Below are positions 23,232 through 38,629 of a stretch of DNA of 64,000 bases, one piece after another. The DNA is from Octopus sinensis (taxonomy: Eukaryota): contig NC_043011.1 in assembly GCF_006345805.1 (NCBI RefSeq), positions 37,460,464-37,524,463 on the forward strand, given 5' to 3'. The first letter of the stretch is position 1. Every line of letters begins with the position of its first letter. Under the pieces are notes generated by a model. That model saw nothing but the letters and a program-made list of their open reading frames with translations. It did not search any database and was not told the DNA's origin. A program made the position numbers and the translations under genes.

Positions 23232-24544
23232 TATATATATACGGACATGCATGAGAGCAGGAAGCTAAATAACTTTACTAGATTTTTAAATCATGAATTG
23301 TCAATGTTAGTTACTATGGTGACTTATAAGGTGATAGGGCGATAGATAGCTACTTAAATAATTTAATGTTTTAGAATATATTAAATGTATATATCATACG
23401 CCACATCGATATTAATAGGCATTGATTGCTTTTTACAAATCTCTGTAAATCCATTGATCAAATCACTAAACGCTGTTTTTCTTTTTATTTATGTATGCAT
23501 ATATATATATTAATATATATATGTAAGCTAATATATGTATCTATAATATCTATCCATTTTTGTCTCACTCCCTCTCTCTTTTCCTCTCTCTGTATATGTG
23601 TGTGTGTGTGCAAACATACTTGCATACTCATGTACATATATATATATATATATATATAATATATAATTATATATATATATCTATATTTATATATGTATGT
23701 ATATATGTATATCTGTATGTGTGTGTGTATGCATGGATCTATGTGTGTATATATACATATATGTATATGTATTCATCTGTTATGTTGCATATCTCTTCGT
23801 AATCCTTCCGTTAACATTTCTATATTTATACATATTCCCTTCGCGAGAATACATTTTACATCAGAAATTGTTTAAGATCGCACGCACATTTGATTTCCTA
23901 CATTTAATTTAATAAAATTAATTTACCTAGGATTTTTTTTTTGTCGCCTATCTTCACTTCAATTTTACAAGAATGATTAAATCTATATAAACAAATACCT
24001 GTGTATCCGTGTCTGCGCGTTTCTGTTTCTTTATGTATACACATTCACACAAATTTATCTACTTACACGTATATGTATATGTGTATGTTTGCCTGTAATA
24101 ATCGCCATCACACGAAAGCCTATATTAATATATATTTCCCTGCAATTTAATTGCATGCTTACTTAATTCTAATACTTTTAATCATCCATCGCTTCTCCTA
24201 TGTAAAATGCAATACTTGTTACGGATTTATTGCATGTCTTTACGAGTCGTTGCTTTTGCCTAATGTCACCGCCCACCCTCTTACGATCTTACCACTTCAG
24301 AGAACATGCTTTCTTTATATTTTTCTGTTCTTTAAACTTTTTTCATCGGATCGACTATGTTTTGGGCTTACGTCTATTTCTCTCAGTAGAGCTTTCATAA
24401 TAATTTTTGATAATTTTCTAGTAGTATATTCTCGTGTTTCGTGATATACTGCTCATTATCAAATCTATGACTTCAACATCGTGGAGATGATAAATTTGGA
24501 GTCAAGTTTAATGAAGATTTTAAATTAACACGAATAAAATTTAA

Positions 24545-24805
24545 AAAATAATAATAAATGCGCCCTTTTAAAGCCTAGCCAAGCACATAGGCCCAGTTTC
24601 CCGGTTTCAATCGCGTATGTGTTCCCCAGCTGGACGGGACGCCATTCCATTGCAGCGTTACTCAATTTTGCCAGCTGAGTGGACTGGAACAACGTGAAAT
24701 GAATTGTTTTGCTCAAGAAGACAACGTGTCGCCCGGTCCAGGAATCGAGACCATAATCTTACGATCATGATGCTGACACCCTAAACACTAAGTCACGCGC
24801 CTCAA
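24545..24805 (-). mobile_element. SINE-3 full copy
   Basis: Reverse complement: ggcgcgtgacttagtgtttagggtg...gtctcgattcctggaccgg (tRNA-like), ttcttgagcaaaac...tgcaatggaatggcgtcccgtccag. Confidence 0.8.
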
Positions 24806-25550
24806 CAAGAGGAATAAAATATTTTTTATTAAATGGCCTCTTTTCACTTTCTTACTCGTTACCTTGTTCGAAGAAACACCACGACACATAAACTATATGT
24901 ATCTATATATATCTATATATTTATGTGTATATATTTAGGTGCATGTATATATATGCATACACATACACACTTACACACACACATACACATATACATACAT
25001 ACATGCACGTATGCATGATGAGTTTCTATTCGTTATCCAGGACGACCTTCACTGACTTTTACCCATGCAAAATGCCAGCAATGCTCCAACATGGTGTTAA
25101 TGCACTACCATTCTTTTTCACCTGGGTTCGCAAACCCATAGCCTTCATTCTCACGTGGTCTGCTTTTCCACGATCGGGCCTCAGATAATACTTATATACA
25201 TATATACATGCATATACTGACAGGTGTATATATTAATTATTGATCTAATTTTAGTATTCATGCGCATAAACTCAGTTGAATATCTATATACATCCACTTC
25301 GAAGAGACACTTAGTTACAGGTCATGATCATACTTCCCACATAATAGCGGTACCAGTTCGTGTTGGTACTTATTAAATTTCACTAAGTACTCCTTAATTC
25401 TGGCATCGCTGCGTATTTTTTCTTGTGATATTTCATTATTAAAATACGCTTAACTTCACGCTTACCCTTGTATATAATTGCGTCGCCATTATTGATCCCT
25501 AAATCAACAAATTATTTTTTTATTCTCCCTCTGTTTATTTCCTCATATTC

Positions 25551-25586
25551 CTTTCTGCTGAAGAGCCTAGGCTCGAAACGTAAAAG
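25551..25586 (+). ncRNA. Variant hammerhead-like motif (CUGCUGA core, loop-less stem III) in a PLE-like module extending to about 25680
   Basis: cttt-CTGCTGA-a-gagc ctag gctc-GAAAC-GTA-aaag. Stems I and II pair perfectly, and ACGT is self-complementary. Confidence 0.45.
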
Positions 25587-26992
25587 ACTTTCTCATTTTC
25601 CCGTGTGTAAAATTAACATGCCTGCTTCATTGTTCATGCACCTACCTTCGTCTTTTTTTCTGTAAATTTCAACTATAAAATTGTGTATTTTTGTAGTAAT
25701 ATTGTTACCCTTGCTTCTGTAAGTAGATATGAGGTATGGCTTGTCAAAGAAATGTTATAACTCTACCATTAGTTTTTGTACTTCCAGGAGTAATTCAATA
25801 ACTTTTATGCATTGTTCTGATGCGGTCTAATTATCGTGTTCTAAGGTTAGACATGCACAAACAAGCACGTGCACGATCTGATATAGATGCACACACATGT
25901 CGATATTCCACGTGTGAGTGTTCGATTCTCACCTCTTAACATATTGATAGCGTGTGTGGATGCAATTCCCGTAAAGAAGCAGGGCGTCGAAATTTACATG
26001 AAAGGCGTACATAATTTATAACATATACCTAAGCTAAGGAGTACCTAACTTAAAACATGTACTTAATTTTACGTGTACCTAATTTAAAAAATAAATCGCG
26101 TTGATTTGCAGAACTAAATTAAATATTTCAGTACAATGCCCCTGCATGGCCATTGTGTGATGACTGAATTGTGTTAAATAATACATTTTAATGGATGGCA
26201 GCTCGAAAAGTAATCCTGTCATTTATTTGAAAACTAGCATAATTCTCTTCAGCAAATTTTGGTGTTTTATTAAAATCCCAATTCCAAAAGATCAAGAGTA
26301 GAATCTTCCAGAATTTCAAGCATTTGAAAAAGACAAATAGAGTATTGCTGTTTTGCAAATTGTATCTAATTTCATATTTTATTGTTTGTTAAGACCACGA
26401 GGAATTTATTTCCGAAATATTTGGAATGCTAATGAAATAAAAGAAAGACAGAATAGGAGAAAAATGTGTTATATTCGAAAAACGTGTATAACAATAGTGA
26501 TTGATGAAACAAATGCACAAAAATAAACAATGAAAGAACAAAAAGAATGGAGAGGTAAACTGAAATGAAAAGAATTATTTTAAAGAAAAAATACGGCAGT
26601 TATTCCTCGCAAAGGAGAAGCTAATTAAAAATCTTAAAAGGAATTCATGGAAATACTTCGGGGACATAATTGTCTTCAATGAATGCTCAGAAGGGAAATG
26701 CTTCCTTGGAAGACATTTTCTTAAAAGCATGATAGTAACAATAGAATGAGCGAAAGTTTGAATTTCTAAAGGAAATAATACTTTTGCTATAGAGTTGGAT
26801 TCTGGTAATTTATCAGAAGTTTTTTTTTATTTTTATCTTATTTTATTTATCTATGTTTCTTGTGATTAGTTCGATAATGAAATGATAAATAATTATAGAA
26901 GACAGACAATACAACATAATCAAAACATTTAAACAACTGACCCAGTTTCTTAAATGAAGCTGATTTATAGAGAAAGACAGATAGAAAGAGAA

Positions 26993-27032
<40 letters not shown>

Positions 27033-27922
27033 GTAAAGATGTCAGAATAGTTTATTTATTAGAGGAAGATCTGCACTTTTGAAGAACGTGTTTTTTTCTC
27101 TTGCTACAAAACTGGTTTGCATAGGATACATTCTGTGAAACATTATATTTATTTATAGTGTTAAAAGTTTGATGTTCCTATTTTCACATCATTGCTATGG
27201 GAAATGAATAACGTAATTTCATAAGTTCCAGATGAGAATTACAACTGGAATCTTGTAAAAATTCTTAAAAACTTATTGCAGCTCTATTACATACATGTTG
27301 TGTAAATAAGGAAGTGAACACTTTATTAAATTTCAAAAGGAAAACTCGAATAAATCTACAAATACAAGTAGCTTATCAACTTACACTTAAAAATTATCCT
27401 GGTAACTAAGTTATCTTACTTGAAAACAATAAGGCAATTACAATCGTGTGGAGTGATGGATATATTCCCTCGTTTAGTACTAGTAATAATTATTCACGTT
27501 GTTGTTCCTCACGATGTTGCAGTATCATTTTATTCAATAATACTGATGTCATCCATCTTCCATTTCTTTTTGTCTTTTGTTCTATTCTAAATCATGTCAT
27601 TCTTAAAAGTACGATTCTATCATGAAAATGTGTATCATTATTTTTTTTTTTTTGTTTTTGCTAGTATCTTTTGAGATCATTTTATCATTTTTAGCGATTG
27701 CTATTAAATATTTTTTCCTGAGCTGGGAAAAATTAAAGTTGCTTATCCTCTTAAGACTAGCCAACAAGCTATGAAGTAAACCAGGAGATTCTGCAAACTT
27801 TTCCTGGGCCCCAGAGAAAAGAAGTTAACTACATTTATTTAGCTTCCATAGTAATTGTGTTATAAATTGCAGTATATCTAAAATAATTCACCTTCTGAAC
27901 ACACGAACTCCCAAACATATGG

Positions 27923-27958
<36 letters not shown>

Positions 27959-28085
27959 ATGTGTGTATGTGTGTGTTTGTGTATAAATACATATATATAT
28001 AAGCGTTTAACCACACACAAAAACATGTGCATACACTAATGCATTTACAATCTCATCTGCTGCAGTTTCAAATATGCAAAGATGT

Positions 28086-28171
<86 letters not shown>

Positions 28172-29074
28172 GAAATGAAAACCCAGTGTACTAAAATTAA
28201 AACACACACACACAAGCAAATACACACATATATACATACAGACAGACACACACACACACACAGGCACACACACACACACACAAGAAATGATAGTAATTCA
28301 TTGTTATCGGGCCAGAAACCATTGTTATCGGGCCAGGAAGTGGACATGTAGCAATTCTATTACTCGTTTTTTTTTTTAAATATGTTTTAAATGCTCTTTT
28401 ATTCCGTTCTAGCATTGTATGTATGAATAGGGCAGAAGAGTAAGTATGTTAAAACGATCTGTAACACTGAAAACAGAAATTGATAAAAAAAAAAGAAGAG
28501 AAGGTGATATGGCAAGGTTTATACTGAATAATAAAAAAAAATTCTATTCTTATTCAAATGAAAGAAATATAAGGAAAACTAGAAAATATAATGAAACAGA
28601 AAAATAAAGATAATATGATTGAGATAGATCACTTCAAAGTTTCTGGTGATAATGCAACTGAATATTCATTGACATGTCCAATGACAATATATGAATGCAA
28701 TCAATGGAAGATGGAACTCCATATGGAGTAATTTTAAACTATGGAAGGCATTGTGAATAAGAAGATTCGAGAACATATATATATATATAAATATGGAGGT
28801 GGAAGATGTAGAGAAGTAATGGACACTAAGTCTTACAATAAGTTAATTTTATTTCTGTAGGTTTTGAGTTCAAATAGTTCCGGGTGGTAACGGTGGTATT
28901 GGTGGTGGGGTGGGGTGGTTGCCAACTTTCAATATAATATTTCATGTGTTGAATAATTTATAAGTACATGCCTAATACTCATGCTTTTATTAGTATTGAT
29001 GTATTGCGTTCAAATCACACCAGGAGTAAGCGTACAATATATTATTTAATGTCCTGGTGTGTGTGTATACACAC

Positions 29075-29150
<76 letters not shown>

Positions 29151-29272
29151 TTATATGCATACATATATATGTGTGTGTGTGTGTGTGTACGTAGGAGTGT
29201 GTGCACACCATTTTCTTTCATTCCTTTACACATACTAAATGAAGAGAATGTGTATAAGGAAGTATGATTATT

Positions 29273-29371
<99 letters not shown>

Positions 29372-29828
29372 CAGAGAGATATACATACATATGTGTGTAT
29401 TTATATTTATATGTGTATTTGTGAATGTGCATATTTCTATAAAATTAGATTTTTATGGTTAAATATATGTATGTTTGGCTTTGTGTGCTTATATATGGCT
29501 ATGTGAACACGTGTGCAGTCTTTTAGCAGTAGGAACGAGTAAGTTTCCCTAAACATTATTGATGGATTCCATCAATTAGAAAACCTAATTACCTATGCCG
29601 ATGAGGTTAACGAAAGGATTGTTAACCACAGTAAGAACAAGCGGTTAAAGTCTGAGAAATATGTCCCTTGTTGGCAAGAAAATGATTCCATTTCTCTGAG
29701 TTGGAAAGCCTGCTTCTCCTATTTTATCTTATATCTCTTACCTGTTTCATTCATTGGACAGCGGCCATACAGTTGCACCACTTTAATTTTGTATAACGGC
29801 CTTTTTTCATAGCGTTTTTCAGATGGCC

Positions 29829-29891
29829 AGATAACCGAAGAGATGGTGGTGTGGATTTCCACCTCGGCATACGAAACGCAGTGTTTTATCT
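29829..29891 (+). ncRNA. Fossil hammerhead (U4C)
   Basis: agataa-CCGAAGA-[stem with ggtgg/ccacc]-GAAAC-gcagt-GTT-ttatct; 6-bp stem I. Confidence 0.35.
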
Positions 29892-29906
29892 TGTGTACCG
29901 TTTTTA

Positions 29907-29961
<55 letters not shown>

Positions 29962-30231
29962 GCATATTTATGTATATAGACATGTATATGTATGTATATA
30001 CATATATAGACATATACAGAGACACACACATACACACATGCACAGACATATGTTTGCCTCCCGTCGTCATCGTTCCAATTTCGGTCCTACAGCAAGACAC
30101 AATGAACAAGTGCCTTGCAGAGACATACATATATGTATACGTATATACATATATATATATATATATATAATATTATATATATATATATATATACATATAT
30201 GTATACGTATATATATATTATATATATATAT

Positions 30232-30265
<34 letters not shown>

Positions 30266-30266
30266 A

Positions 30267-30346
<80 letters not shown>

Positions 30347-30402
30347 CAGAGATAGAGAGACAGACAGACACACACACACACATATACACATATATATCAA
30401 AG

Positions 30403-30437
<35 letters not shown>

Positions 30438-30471
30438 GGAGTTTAACGCAGGTGTTATTGAAATTCTTTTA

Positions 30472-30558
30472 CTTCCGACACATGTATCGAACATATCACT
30501 GTTATTATTAGAAAGGAATAACATCGTATAGAATAATGTATTCTTGTCTTCAAGGAAG
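30472..30558 (-). ncRNA. Fossil hammerhead (two core substitutions)
   Basis: Minus strand: cttcc-TTGAAGA-...-GATAC-atgt-GTC-ggaag; 5-bp stem I. Confidence 0.3.
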
Positions 30559-30853
30559 AGAAGAAATGAAACTCGTCAAAAATACATCTTAACAGAAAAT
30601 GATGGATATCTACAGTGATTAAACGTACGCTATTAATATTGTTTCAAAAAAACGTTATAGGATATAACGTCAGAGGTAGCCTATAGAAAGATGAGGGATA
30701 AAGTAAAGAAAAACTAAATAAATGAGAAGTATATGACTATATGTATATTAAATAAAACTATATAGACTTGAAAAAATGTATATCTAGTGAATGTGAAGTG
30801 TAACAAGGGAAAAATACACACATCTCTCTCTCTATATATATATAATCACACGT

Positions 30854-30959
<106 letters not shown>

Positions 30960-31671
30960 AAGTATATGGACAGTTAAAAAATACCGACCGATGTAAGCAA
31001 AGGTATTCAGATTAAATTTGACGAAAGTTTCTGTTTTATTCTAACGAACAGCTTCATATATTGGTGAACCTTCAACGGCGTTGGTGAGCTTACACATTGG
31101 AATGGTAGGTGAGCAAAAGTTATTTAACATAGAGAACTGTAAGCCATCTGGACTTGTGAAAACAGTTATCTCTGTCAAGAGTGCTGCTCAATGTTCTTTG
31201 AACTTGTAAATATATAAAACGTGACATGGATAGCTTCAACAGAGACTACAAAACTATGAGCAGCAATAAGGGACACAGCACGTCTTCTGACTGCGCCCGC
31301 ATGCCTAGATGCATCCTGAAATGTTTGGAGAGAGCCTTAGAATCAAATCAGACATTCACAGGAAACTACCGGACACTTTGTTCAATCCTTGGATGGAAAG
31401 GGTTACTGCAGGAGGATTCTATATATGGCAGCATGATTTTAAATTTGTGTTTAATATTTTCTCAAGATATTTCCTTGCAAACTGTTTTTAGCATTTTCGT
31501 ATTATTATCAAAGGATGTATATATGTATTGTAATATTTTGTGACATCCAGTACATAACACAACAGAGCTTTTATAAAGCTTTTACATTTTACGTTTGACA
31601 ATCTTTTCCTAAAAAAATTAAACCGGTGAAGTGAATAAATATCTTTAAAAAGTACATTGTCAAACCTTCTT

Positions 31672-31728
<57 letters not shown>

Positions 31729-32114
31729 TGTATGAAAACATACGTTAGTACTATGCATGTATATTTGTTCTTTTGAGTGTATCCATGTTTAGCGTATATT
31801 GTGCATGTAACTCCAAAACTATAACAACCCCAATTTATTCGTTGACTGAACTATTAAATTCATTTACCGTAAAGTAAAGTGTTCCCAGTTGTAGTCGTTT
31901 CTTTACTCGTTTCTTTAGATAAAAATACATGATTGAATTTTCACATGTGTTTCTTTTCTGTGGACACATTAGCCATGAGGACTTGCCGGTGATGATATGT
32001 CGCACCGTAAGCAGATTGTTTTAATAGCAGCTAGAAGTGAACTCACAAACAAAATTGCTACATGGTGCCTTATCTGATGAAAATATCCTAGTTTGATATT
32101 AATTGCCTCTGAGG

Positions 32115-32156
32115 GTGTTGTTGTGGTTGATGATGTTGATGATGATGATGATGATT

Positions 32157-32191
<35 letters not shown>

Positions 32192-32211
32192 AATGATGAT
32201 GATGGTGAAGT

Positions 32212-32266
<55 letters not shown>

Positions 32267-32270
32267 GACG
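32115..32270. repeat. (GAT)n microsatellite
   Basis: Directly visible; source of the poly-D ORF. Confidence 0.95.
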
Positions 32271-34429
32271 TAGTGTCTGCTTTTAGGCTTTACCTTGCAA
32301 CTACTTATTGAATCATATACAACTTTGAATATTGTATATAAACTTCCTCTTTTCCAAGAACGTCAGCAGATTTTGCCTAAAACGAGGTGTTTAGTTTAGT
32401 GGTATGTGCTTAAGGACAGAGCCCAATTAACAAATCAATATGCGTTACTTCAAAACAATTGGTCTGCTCTAAGGTAATTTTCTTTATTTATGTATTTGTA
32501 TAGCTATGAATATATTTCGGCCATTTACAATACTATAATGGAATAATAACATGAAATCAAAGCTATGCCAAATAATGGCAAGAATATACCTTCTTCAAGT
32601 CATAATGACATATATCTGAAGCAGGCTTTCATTTCAGCTCTGTTTCTCCCAGAAACTAACTTCAAACTAGATGTTTCCATAAATATATTCTAGAAAATTG
32701 TGATCTTTAAAATATATTTATTTAAACATTTCCTTTCGTCTTCTCTTTGGCATAACCATTTATTTGATAAGAATTTCGCTATATAATATCTACTTTAAAT
32801 GTAGTGTTGAAAACCAAACTATTTCACAGGCATGGTATAATAATACTTAAAACTTTGCAGAATCTCTCCTATGATGTTAATAGATCTTATTGATAATATG
32901 AATCATTGATATAATTTAGCCAACAGCTATAAGTGTATCTAATTTATCTGGCTTCAATGAATACGAGAGAAGTTTCTTTTGAGATTTGTTATTGAAATGA
33001 TGTATTTAATATCCCCTATGGGAGAAAATCAGAATTGCTATCACACATCCCGAAACAATCTAGCTGCCATATTTATATACCGTGCTATACTAATGTACAG
33101 TATTCGGCCGCCACAAAAATTTCTGGTAACTGTCTGACTTTCAGAATCACAAATAGTGAAGTTGTTAGGTGTAAAATCACTCCCGGCTCAGACACTCAAA
33201 TTAACGAAGTAGTTAGTTTGTATAATGAATCTGTTCGCATAGCTACCACATCACCATTGGTAACATACAATAATGTAACAACACGTTTCTTTGCTTTAAG
33301 GAAAAGTACGACGATTGTAATTAAAGAGTAATTGTGCATAACCTTGCTCTATCGAAGTCGACGTCTGGCTAAACAACAAGGGAATGTTAGTAACCTATGC
33401 ACTCAAACCTTTATACATTATCAAAGTGACTGACCGTTCTGCATTGTAAATTCTTAACTATGTGAATGAAGTCTACAAGATTAAATTGTCATCAACTATT
33501 TCTCGTAAAACAGTGCTGGTATATGTTAGCAGAATGTGTAGAGGAAGATTTACCTTTCAACATCTTGTCATAGAAACACTTCCAAATGAAAAGTTCTTTG
33601 TGGCTTTTCTCCGTATAAACTAAGGAGCAATTTTCGTGTAACAGATATTACATGCAACGGCGCTAAAAACGAAGGTTTAGATACGTTGTAATGAGGAACT
33701 ATTGAATATAGTTTTACTATTATATATAACATGCAAACATCTGGATTAAGTAATTTGAATCCACACTACCTTCCACTCCCAGTGATATCCTAGCCAATGA
33801 TACAGCCTCAGAAATGCACGACAAAGAAATGTGCCGAGCCATTTGGAGAGCCTTCATTTGGTTAAGCGTGCTGTTAGAGATGGCAACCAAATCATTCCAA
33901 CAGTCTCCTGCTATTTTCAATGCAGACCACATTAAAAACTGTAATGTACCTGAGCAAAAATACGAGAGGCTTATGGTTGGCTTATTCGCGATGAAGATTA
34001 CAATCACGATGAAGGAAAAACTAGAACAACACACAGCAATTCTATTTTAAACTGTAGCTGCGCTGGGGCCGAATATCTAATTTGTAGACGATCCCAGAAT
34101 GACGAATGCTCTACTGAATCTTGAATGCATTCCTTTACTACTTACATCAATATCTCTGTCTTAAGAGGAAGTAAAGTTGTGTAGCGCTTAAGAAAGTTGC
34201 TTTGAAAGCGTTGATCTGGACAAAAGCTCGCAACAAAGTGGACTCAAACACACCCATTGAGTATTCATGTTGTAGTGCTAAATCAAGTGGCGTATTTAGT
34301 GTACCACTCAAATATAGGAACTGTGGACTGACGTACATACGCTACGTGTCGTTTAGATTGATTCTCAAAGCTTTAGCCTCCATTATGACTTGGTAGAAGA
34401 CAGTTACATAAAATGATGCACTGTGAGAA

Positions 34430-35352
34430 ATGAAGTGAAATCAAGAAGTTCCCGGATTAGTTATGTTCAATAAAAAATATTTTATTTACCTAAGTTTGAA
34501 CATAACATCATCTCCATCGAAATAGTCACCTTGCACAGTAATACACCAGTCCCAGCATTCTTGCCACGTTCGGAATCCGGCCTGGAAGTTGTTTTCCCTG
34601 AGCGAGTCGAGGGTCTTCCGCGATTCACTTCGGATCCCGACATCGGTGTTAAAACGTTGACATTTGAGCTACATTTTCATCTTGGGGAAGAAATGGAAAT
34701 CCCCAGGAACTGAATCTGATGAATAAGGTGTATGCAGAAGCGATACCGTGTTGTTTTTGTCTAAGAACACACGAGTGAAGAGAGCTCGGTGGCAGGGAGC
34801 ATTGTTGTCGTGAAGAATCCATTACTTCGCACTCCACAAATCCGTTTGCTTTCGCGGAATGTCCACCACCAAATGATTCAAAACGTCATTGATTGTCCTA
34901 TGAAAATCTTCATGAAGACGCTGATGAATTTTTCTCCACATTTCCAGGGGGACGCTCGCGGTAGGTCTTCCGGGTCGCTCATCGTCTTCCATGAAGGTTC
35001 TTTCGATTTTGAAGCTCCTGTGTCACTCGAAATATTGTGTACGACCCATTACCTCGTCTCTGTAAGCTTACCGTATCAGGCTCAATGTCTCTGTAGCAGA
35101 CGTCCCATGTTTAACGCAAAATATCACGTTGACTCTTTCTTGCAACTTTCTGTACGTACCAAGATCGCAGACTGCCACATACACATGATCTCAAAAACAC
35201 AAATTCCACAACTTGCGAAGGAAACACAGCGACGCCTCTCCTCCCACTGACGCATGATCCTCACTTCTAACTCTCACTGAGCACAAACCGTGTGCTGCCA
35301 TCTGTCGGCGCGCTACAGAACTAGTCTGAGAAGTTTTGGATACCACTTCGTA
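34430..35352 (-). mobile_element. Decayed, internally deleted mariner transposon with both TIRs
   Basis: The minus frames give an HTH region (KFCVKHGTSATETL..., DDERPGRP) and a catalytic tail (LHDNNAPCH, PYSSDSVPGDFHFFPKMK, WCITVQGDYF). TIRs are at about 34430-34460 and 35321-35352. Confidence 0.9.
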
Positions 35353-36414
35353 CAACAAGAAAACGTTTACTGGGTTGTATGTAATGAACAATTCATAAAC
35401 ACACAGTTCTATCTGCATCCATAAAATAACAGAACCAGTAATAGACTCCAAACTCTGCAAACTACAAAACTTTTAATTTTGTGCCAATTTGTCTACAGCA
35501 AGAATTGTCTACTAAAAGCTAAAATATTAGCGATAGAACTTTCGCTAAGATAATTTAATTTGTAAATGTCAAATAATTATTTCATTATGGACATTTATTT
35601 CGTAATTAGAAATAGTACAGCAATCAATAATTTTCTGCTACGAATTTGTGTCTATGAACAGTATTTCATTAAGTATATATTTTTGAAACTGCTAGTTTTT
35701 TTCAATTTTTTTTTTCTTCAATAATATGCTTTTCTGACGGCATTCTTTTTGACATGATAAAGTTAAACATAAATATCTGAAGATCAGTGAGTGGTAATGA
35801 TTACATGAAAGTTATTTATGTTACTGGTGTTTTACTTCAGATCAAACCTGAGAGACCAGATCTATGAGGAAAAGCTTTCAGATCGTCATTGTCTGGTCTT
35901 TTAAAGTGTACATCAGACTACATGTGTCAATGTCACTTCATTACTCGGAAGTGGCGTGTGGAATTTGTGTGAGTTCTTCTTGTTGTGTCTGGTCAGAGAA
36001 ACCATTTTGTGAGATAATTCTCTCATATTTCTAATGGAATGGAGAGAAGAATATACCTAAGTCACAACTTTCTCGAGGACATAAAATGAACGAATGAAAT
36101 ATAGCCATAGCTTCACGTAAGCTAATATGCTTAAAATCTTCCCTTTGCCAGTACGTAACCCCAACTTAGTTCCTTGTGAGACAATATCAAATCAATATTC
36201 ATCGAATTTTCTAATAATTTGAACTAATAAAAAGTGCTTTGTTGGCTACGGTATTTGTTTGTGAGCAACAGAGAGAGAGAGAAAGAGAGAGAAGGAGAAA
36301 GAGAGAGAGAAGGAGAGAAAGAGAGAGAGAGAGAGATTGCTCTATGGCTGTGTCTGTGTTGCTCTGTACCAGTTTAACACAACGCAATTAGTAGCGATAT
36401 GTCACGCCTAAAAA

Positions 36415-36820
36415 TGCGGCGAGCATGCAGAAACGTTAGTACGCCGGGCGAAATGCGTAGCCGTATTTCGTCTGCCGTTACGTTCTGAGTTCAAATTCCG
36501 CCGAGGTCGACTTTGCCTTTCATCCTTTCGGGATTAAATAAGTACCAGTTACGCACCGGGGTCTATGTAATCGACTTAATCCGTTTGTCTGTCCTGTTTG
36601 TCCCCTCTGTGTTTAGCCCGTTGTGGATAGTAAAGAAATAGGCATTTCGTCTGCCGTTACGTTCTGAGTTCAAATTCCGCCGAGGTCAACTTTGCCTTTG
36701 ATCCTTCCGGGGTCGATTAAATAAGTACCATTTAAGTACTAATGATCGATGTAATTGACTTAATCCCTTTGTCCGTGTTTGTCCCCACTATGTTTAGTCC
36801 CCCGTGGACAATAAAGACAT
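36415..36820 (+). mobile_element. SINE-1 dimer
   Basis: Junction taaagaaatag|gcatttcg at 36641/36642. Confidence 0.9.
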
Positions 36821-37915
36821 AGACACATTACGCTTAAAGCTAACTCAGACATTCCGAAGAAACAAATCAAAAAATACCAAATAAGTATTTTGCTATGACA
36901 CTCTTGATATACGAATATCAGTAGAATGGGAGCAAAATCACTTTTGCCGTTTACATAGATTCCTTTATATTTTGAGTTCAAATCCCTCCAAAATTGATTG
37001 GCATTTCATATATGTTGTTTCCATAATATATTTAACAATGATATACTGGTGTTTGTTTAAACGACTATTGCTTACTTCTTCAATCTTGACACTCTGCCTA
37101 AGTTACAATTATTACATATTTTAAATTCATCCGTTCATGCTAAAAGAATAGAATTTAAGCCAAGTCACGTAATTGATCGACAGAATACACTGCTCCTTAT
37201 TTCTAAATTCTTTGCATTCTATTATGCAGAAAATTTTATGAAACTCTTATTAAATGCTTATTAAATTCTTCGTTCATCGACCAATAAAGAAGGTACTACT
37301 CATGCATTAATCGACATCAAATACACTCCTCTCTCTTGCAATATTTGATGTGTTTTAGCAATGTTAAACGTCGTTGCACTGGTATATTCAGCTATTATTT
37401 CCGTCCGTGATCAATAAATAATCAATAGTTAAACTTTTGTATTCGATTATGCGCTGCTTCTCTCTATATTTTTGACATTAGTGCTCGATAAGTCATTAAA
37501 CCGCATCCGTGGTAATGCTCCAGATGGGGCGTTCCGGAAATTGTAGGGACATGGAGTTACTTCATACCCATCACCATGCACACGTTTTCAGCTACGTTTT
37601 CAAGACAAAGGTTTCTAAGATGACAATGAGACAAACATAATAGGAAGGACAAAATCCTGCGAATATGTTATTGATATTCGCCTTGGTCTCTATGAGCTGG
37701 TGCATGAATATATTAATGTAGAAGCGCCTAAATATATGTGTATATGTGCGATTGTACTCGCAAAAATACAAACACGAATCATAATTATCACTCCCTCTCT
37801 CCCTCTCTTTGTATATGCATATGAGCGTGTGTGTATGTGTATACACGCTTAGATATATACAAACAGAAGAAAACGTTTCGCATACTGCATATATATGCAC
37901 ATACATGTATGTATG

Positions 37916-37980
<65 letters not shown>

Positions 37981-38187
37981 ATGTATATATATATGTGTAT
38001 ATATAATAATAATAATAAATATTAGGGAATAAATCCAAATTTACAGGGAAAAAATCAGATTTAGGATTAATCCAATTTTATAGTAAAATATTATATAATA
38101 TTATTAGAGACAAAACCACTATTTTGCAAAACAAACAAGAAAGACTTAATCAATACATAAAATTTTAATAAAAAGTCAAAACAACCG

Positions 38188-38230
38188 CCACTACAATTGT
38201 TTCTTGTCTTGATCGACAATCTTCAGGTGG
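38188..38230 (-). ncRNA. Type I hammerhead ribozyme (43 nt)
   Basis: Exact reverse complement of 41116-41158. Confidence 0.85.
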
Positions 38231-38629
38231 ACTTCCAATCTAAAATATCAATATTTTAAAATATAAAAATAATAATTTTAAAATAATTAAAGTATTAATG
38301 AAAAAATATAAATATATAATCTAATTTATAACCTATATATAATCCATTTATATCAATATATAAACTAAAATAAACCTATCAACAATTAAATATAAAATAT
38401 AAAATATAAAATATAAAATATAAAACAAAACAAAAAATAAACTATATATACACCCATACACTTATAACTAATTATATATAACCATATCTAAATACATACA
38501 CTAAATCACACACCTATATATATATCCCTATACATACACATAAAAACGTCTAGGCAACGATAAATAAATAAAATAGCTAAATACTTCAACACAATACTTA
38601 TTCATACTCCCTCACATACACATACAACC

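Noticed and set aside
28299-28336. 17-bp direct repeat cattgttatcgggccag x2
   Set aside because: Only two units with a 4-nt spacer; a simple slippage duplication, not a CRISPR-like array.
32070-32110. CTGATGA followed by a small hairpin (similar hits at 56184 minus and 57729 plus)
   Set aside because: No downstream GAAA or cleavage triplet; incomplete motifs are expected by chance.
33035-34400. Microsatellite-free stretch with 60-105 aa ORFs on both strands
   Set aside because: No recognisable motif and no convincing splice sites; it may be an old unrecognised transposon. A tBLASTX search would be needed.
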